Shown here: piece by piece, positions 58,316-60,264 of the stretch
How positions within the stretch are numbered: the first letter of the stretch is position 1
Layout of the letters: every line of letters starts with the position of its first letter
IMG/VR virus record: IMGVR_UViG_3300047474_000681
Length of the DNA: 60,264 nucleotides
Source of the DNA: an uncultured virus (IMG/VR IMGVR_UViG_3300047474_000681)
Taxonomy: Duplodnaviria; Heunggongvirae; Uroviricota; Caudoviricetes
Strand: one strand, 5' to 3'
Notes under the pieces: model-generated
Database searches by the model: none
Seen by the model: only the letters and a program-made list of their open reading frames with translations
What the model was told of the DNA's origin: nothing
Program-made: the position numbers and the translations under genes

Positions 58316-59737
58316 ATGACTAGACAAAATACAGATTACGGATATGATATACAAAAAGTATATCTAGAAATGTTTATGACAGACGCAGAAAGTTTTGTGC
58401 GCTGTCAAGGCGTGTTTGACCCACAAACTTTTGATAGACGGTTAGTAGAACCTGCTAAGTTTCTTAAAGAGTATGTAGAGGAACACAACGGTCTTCCTAC
58501 ATTTGATATGGTCAATGCAGCAACTGATAGTAATTTAAAAAATCCAGGACAGCTACAAGAAAATCATTATGATTGGTTGTTACAAGACTTTGAAACATTT
58601 GCAAAACATAAAGCACTAGAGTCAGCTATTCTTAAGAGTGCTGATTTATTAGAAAATGGTGAATATGGTGCATGTGAAGACTTGGTTAAGCAAGCTGTAC
58701 AGATTGGATTACAAAAAGACTTAGGTACTGATTACTTCTTAGATCCAAGAGCAAGACTTGAAGCAATTAAAGATAAAAACGGACAAGTAAGTACAGGATG
58801 GCCAAGTTTAGACAAGAAACTATTTGGCGGCTTTAACAAAGGCGAACTGAATATTTTTGCAGGCGGTAGTGGCTCTGGTAAAAGTTTGTTTATGGCAAAC
58901 ATGGGTGTAAACTGGTGTCTTGCAGGTATGAATGTTATGTACTTAACATTTGAATTAAGTGAAAACTTAGTTAGTATGCGACTTGATGCAATGACTTCTG
59001 AAATTCCAAGCAGAGATATTTTTAAAAGTATTGATGATGTTGAAATGAAAGTTAAGATGATTGGTAAGAAGAGTGGCGCATTCCAAGTTAAGTATATGCC
59101 AACTGGTAAGAACGCAAACGATGTTAGAGCGTATTTAAAAGAGTATGAGATTAAAACAGGACGTAAGATTGATGTACTATTAATTGACTACTTAGATCTT
59201 ATGCATCCAATCGGACAAAAGATTAGCGCAGAGAACTTGTTTGTTAAAGACAAATATGTATCAGAGGAACTACGCAATCTAGCTATGGAACTAAACTGTA
59301 TTTTTGTAACAGCATCACAGCTAAACAGAAGTAGCGTAGAAGAGATTGAGTTTGATCACTCGCATATCTCGGGTGGTATATCTAAGATCAATACAGCAGA
59401 TAACTTGATAGGTATCTTTACTAGTAGAGCTATGCGTGAACGTGGACGCTATCAGATCCAACTTATGAAGACACGTAGTTCAAGTGGTGTAGGACAAAAA
59501 GTTGATCTAGGCTTTGATATCGATACACTACGCATTGTAGACATCGGTGACGAAGACGAACAAGCTACTGCAACTCAAGGAGGCGGTGTAAGTGCTATTG
59601 CTAATGCACTTAAACGTACTACAGTAGCAACTTCAATGTCAGATGTTCCTGACGAAGGATCAGCTGCTCCAAAAATTAAAGAACAGACTGATTCAACTAA
59701 ATTGCGAGCTTTTCTTAATAATCTTTCTGAACAGTAA
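58316..59737 (+). CDS. gp41: Replicative helicase (gp41/DnaB-like)
   Basis: STGW..LD, GGSGSGKS, LTFELSE, LIDYLDLM, ASQLNR, MKTRSS. Confidence 0.93.
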   Translation: MTRQNTDYGYDIQKVYLEMFMTDAESFVRCQGVFDPQTFDRRLVEPAKFLKEYVEEHNGLPTFDMVNAATDSNLKNPGQLQENHYDWLLQDFETFAKHKALESAILKSADLLENGEYGACEDLVKQAVQIGLQKDLGTDYFLDPRARLEAIKDKNGQVSTGWPSLDKKLFGGFNKGELNIFAGGSGSGKSLFMANMGVNWCLAGMNVMYLTFELSENLVSMRLDAMTSEIPSRDIFKSIDDVEMKVKMIGKKSGAFQVKYMPTGKNANDVRAYLKEYEIKTGRKIDVLLIDYLDLMHPIGQKISAENLFVKDKYVSEELRNLAMELNCIFVTASQLNRSSVEEIEFDHSHISGGISKINTADNLIGIFTSRAMRERGRYQIQLMKTRSSSGVGQKVDLGFDIDTLRIVDIGDEDEQATATQGGGVSAIANALKRTTVATSMSDVPDEGSAAPKIKEQTDSTKLRAFLNNLSEQ

Positions 59738-59750
59738 ATTTTCTAGCGGC

Positions 59751-59780
59751 ATAAATACTACTAAGTAAAACTGATAAATA
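59751..59780 (+). promoter_or_regulatory. Tandem late promoters
   Basis: ATAAATA at 59751-57 and 59774-80. Confidence 0.55.
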
Positions 59781-59810
59781 TATGTATATTTTATGCGCAA
59801 GGAAATATAA

Positions 59811-60264
59811 ATGCAAACAGGAAGATTAGGGGCTGTAGATGTAGCTGCTGGAACAAGTAATGTTGTTTACCATGTGTTCGAAGAATCAGGTAACACAGCA
59901 GTTCTTAGTGTAAACATTGTAAACAGAGACGGAACAAACACTGCCGATTTTGGTGTGTGTACAAGCACAGATGATAGTTGGAGCGATACGAATACTATTT
60001 TTGAAGGTATACTAGAATCCAATGATGTTTATCAAAAAGGCGGCATATTTGTTAATTCCGGTGAAAGAATAATTGTTAGAAGCTATCAAGGTTCGCTTAG
60101 TGCAACAGTATTTGGCACACAATCCGTAACAGCGGCGCAAGTACCTGCGGCTGCAGAAGCATATGTTGAACCTGTAACTAGAACACTAACTATGACTCCT
60201 AATACTAGTATTGACGAAGGCTCGAATATTTCAGTTACACTTGCAACAACAGGCATTCTAAACG
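59811..60264 (+). CDS. Partial structural protein running off the window end
   Basis: SD AAGGA; open frame MQTGRLGAVDVAAGTSNVVY...SIDEGSNISVTLATTGILN with no stop before the end. Confidence 0.7.
   Translation, partial: MQTGRLGAVDVAAGTSNVVYHVFEESGNTAVLSVNIVNRDGTNTADFGVCTSTDDSWSDTNTIFEGILESNDVYQKGGIFVNSGERIIVRSYQGSLSATVFGTQSVTAAQVPAAAEAYVEPVTRTLTMTPNTSIDEGSNISVTLATTGILN

Noticed and set aside
1..60264. CRISPR array, tRNA or rRNA genes
   Set aside because: No regularly spaced repeats or cloverleaf-like sequences noticed, and intergenic gaps are short; a tRNAscan-SE or CRISPR-finder run would be definitive
1..60264. Stop-codon reassignment
   Set aside because: Long intact ORFs tile the window in the standard code, and TAA, TAG and TGA all end convincing genes

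Overview
This 60 kb window is part of an AT-rich, large, distantly T4-like myovirus genome, read in the standard genetic code and probably aquatic with a Gram-negative host. It carries four kinds of genes. (1) Virion genes: tail-fibre-like proteins, a 2435-aa structural protein, gp13/gp14/gp15-like neck and tail-completion proteins, an enlarged tail sheath, the tail tube, gp4-like head completion protein, terminase small and large subunits, and acidic internal-head-like proteins. (2) Replication and recombination genes: gp32 SSB, UvsX/RecA, UvsY, UvsW, a gp62-like protein, primase, a DnaB-type helicase, a dNMP kinase and a 185-aa miniature DnaE. (3) An unusually complete surface-glycan toolkit: ADP-heptose pathway (hldE, hldD, gmhB), a GT9 heptosyltransferase-like gene, kdsA and kdsB, four paralogous KpsC/KpsS-like GT-B domains, GT-A transferases, an FkbM methyltransferase and two carbamoyltransferases. 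(4) Other auxiliary genes: peptide deformylase, 2OG-Fe(II) oxygenases, cupins and a NUDIX hydrolase. The most notable observations are a putative phage CMP-Kdo/beta-Kdo-transferase plus heptose glycosylation system, systematic apparently leaderless gene architecture at both late (TAAATA-N4/5-ATG) and sigma70 (TTGACA-17-TATAAT-N5/6-ATG) promoters, phycobiliprotein-like KCxRD helical repeats in the giant virion protein, and the mini-DnaE retaining its catalytic motifs. All protein assignments come from motif recognition by eye; no database searches were run. No tRNA, rRNA, CRISPR array or integrase was seen.
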